From the NCBI GenBank assembly GCA_012522415.1, contig JAAYKM010000091.1:699-64698 (forward strand): a DNA stretch of 64,000 nt. The letters run 5' to 3'. The notes under the pieces are model-generated. The model ran no database searches and was not told the origin of the DNA. It saw only the letters and a list, made by a program, of their open reading frames with translations. A program made the translations under genes and the position numbers. Shown piece after piece: positions 62,477-64,000 of the stretch. The stretch comes from Deltaproteobacteria bacterium. Its GTDB lineage: Bacteria; Desulfobacterota; Syntrophia; Syntrophales; JAAYKM01. Position 1 is the stretch's first letter. Each line of letters begins with the position of its first letter.

Positions 62477-62755
62477 TCAGATTAATCTCAGCCCCTCAAG
62501 ATCTTTGAGTGGCGGAACCATACCGTGTCCGATATTTTCCTCGATCACAGGAACAGGCCGTGCGCCCGGTACCCATACGAAACAAGCGCCCGAATCCATA
62601 ATAAAATGATTCTGTCCAACATCACAAACAGGAACCTTGCGGGACCGGGCACTCAAACCGCCAAACTGATAGCCGTAAAAGCGTTCTGCAATAACGCCGC
62701 AAATTCTCGTCAGGAATTTCTGGGCGGGCCGCCAACATCTCTTATACACCACCAT
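62477..62755 (-). CDS. Hypothetical protein (92 aa), doubtful
   Basis: An ORF with no convincing SD and no family I recognise. Confidence 0.25.
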   Translation of the reverse strand: MVVYKRCWRPAQKFLTRICGVIAERFYGYQFGGLSARSRKVPVCDVGQNHFIMDSGACFVWVPGARPVPVIEENIGHGMVPPLKDLEGLRLI

Positions 62756-62898
62756 CGTTGATGTACCCGCGGAACCAACTTTCGTTGAATTAGACAGAAG
62801 TGATTATAAAAATACAATTCCAAAGTTTATGAAAAGGCATGGGGCCTTTCTCTCACCGAGCAGCTTTGCCTTGATGCGAAGCTGCTCCTGGTTATGCC

Positions 62899-64000
62899 TC
62901 ATCGTCTTAATGTCCAAGTCATGCCGGTCTTTGTATCATGCACATCAATGCCCATCTCCGATAATTGCTGTCGGATACGATCGGCTGTTTCCCAATCAGC
63001 CCTTTCCCTTGATTCCCCCCTTAAACGCAGAAGATGCATCACCTCCTGGGAAAGGCCCTGTTCCTGAAAGGTCATCACCCCTAAAACGGAATCGATCTTC
63101 TTCATGGCTTCGAGAATTCCTTCCTTTTCCCTGACACGAAGAAGGCCATCAACCAACGGTGAATTTATTCGCCTGATAAATTCAAACAGGGCGGCGAGCG
63201 CACCTGAAACATTCAAGTCATCATCCAGTTCATCAGAAAAGTTTTTTTTAAGAGCATACAATAGCTGGTCCGTATCGGGGAACCCAGGTCCATCAGAAGG
63301 ATGAAGAAGGCGCTGAATGAAACCATCTATTCTTTTTACTGTATTTTTGGCTGTTTCCAGAGCGCCCCATGTAAAATTGAGGGGCTTCCTATAGTGCAAA
63401 CCCAGCAGGAAAAAACGGATTTCCTTTCCGAAAAAACCTTTTTTCTCCAAGCCCTCGATGGTCATCGTATTCTCCAAGGACCTCGACATTTTTTTGCCGT
63501 CCGTCATGACTAATTCCGTATTCACCCAATAATTCGCCATCATTTTCCCTGTCACGGCCTTACCAATGGCCATGACGTTCTCGCAGTGCGGAAATATGAT
63601 ATCATTACCACTGGAATGAATATCAATGGTTTCTCCAAGATGACACAAGGAAATGGCCGCGCATTCAAGATGCCAGCTCGGACGAACGTTGCCCCATCGG
63701 GTCTGAAAATAAATTCCTCTTTTAAGTTCATTGAGGGTCGTCCTTTTCAACAGGGTAAAGTCACCCGGACTGTCTTTTTCGTAATCATCCAGATCAACTG
63801 TTAAGCCATACTTGACCTGTTTCAAATCTACATTGGACAGATTCCCGTAGTCATGGAGCTTCGATATATCGAAATAAACCGAACGTAATTTTTCATAGGC
63901 GAATCCTTTCGCAACCAGCTTTTCTACGATTTCCATCATTTGGGGCACATTATCGCTGGCCCGCGGATATTCATCCCCTCCTTTGACATTCAGGGTATCC
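62899..64000 (-). CDS. Divergent cysteine--tRNA ligase paralog (5' end of the gene lies beyond the window)
   Basis: The frame stays open past 63948 to the window edge (...DTLNVKGGDEYPRASDNVPQMMEIVEKL...). It has WHLEC, FPHCENV and KMSRS, and a CysRS-like C-terminus (ADWETADRIRQQLSEMGI) collinear with the cysS at 8976-10466. Confidence 0.85.
   Translation of the reverse strand, partial: DTLNVKGGDEYPRASDNVPQMMEIVEKLVAKGFAYEKLRSVYFDISKLHDYGNLSNVDLKQVKYGLTVDLDDYEKDSPGDFTLLKRTTLNELKRGIYFQTRWGNVRPSWHLECAAISLCHLGETIDIHSSGNDIIFPHCENVMAIGKAVTGKMMANYWVNTELVMTDGKKMSRSLENTMTIEGLEKKGFFGKEIRFFLLGLHYRKPLNFTWGALETAKNTVKRIDGFIQRLLHPSDGPGFPDTDQLLYALKKNFSDELDDDLNVSGALAALFEFIRRINSPLVDGLLRVREKEGILEAMKKIDSVLGVMTFQEQGLSQEVMHLLRLRGESRERADWETADRIRQQLSEMGIDVHDTKTGMTWTLRR

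Overview
This 64-kb window comes from a Gram-negative bacterial chromosome (LptD and a TonB system are present). The ribosomal-protein sequences look Deltaproteobacteria/Thermodesulfobacteriota-like, but that is an inference with no search behind it. About half the window (32.7-62.3 kb, minus strand) is the translation/transcription supercluster: a tRNA-Thr/Tyr/Gly/Thr cluster, rpmG, tRNA-Trp, secE-nusG, rplKAJL, rpoBC, rpsLG, tuf, the S10, spc and alpha operons, ending at rplQ with a clean intrinsic terminator. The first half holds these blocks, in order:
- the 3' part of a B12-riboswitch-like leader, a TonB-dependent receptor and TonB
- a six-gene minus-strand operon: GldA/F/G-like ABC transporter, DUF4340, DUF6485 and a cNMP-binding protein
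- uspA, cysS, argC and rplM-rpsI
- a small accessory block: dual-specificity phosphatase, GT5 glycogen-synthase-like enzyme, two small ORFs and a multi-PAS/LuxR regulator
- a complete glycine-cleavage cluster, gcvT-gcvH-gcvPA-gcvPB-lipA-lpd
- an MFS transporter
- an archaeal-type UPF0200 P-loop kinase with a membrane-anchored matrixin
- lptD, folC, a class-II-PDE-like MBL hydrolase and an EF-Tu-domain-II-like mini-protein

I saw no mobile elements, CRISPR arrays or obvious defence islands.

The main anomalies are:
- an in-frame TAA replacing a conserved Tyr codon in gcvPA
- a second, divergent cysS paralog at the 3' edge of the window
- fusA, adk and the second tuf missing from their usual slots
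- several small uncharacterised gene pairs

All product calls rest on motifs read by eye and on gene order. No database search was run.
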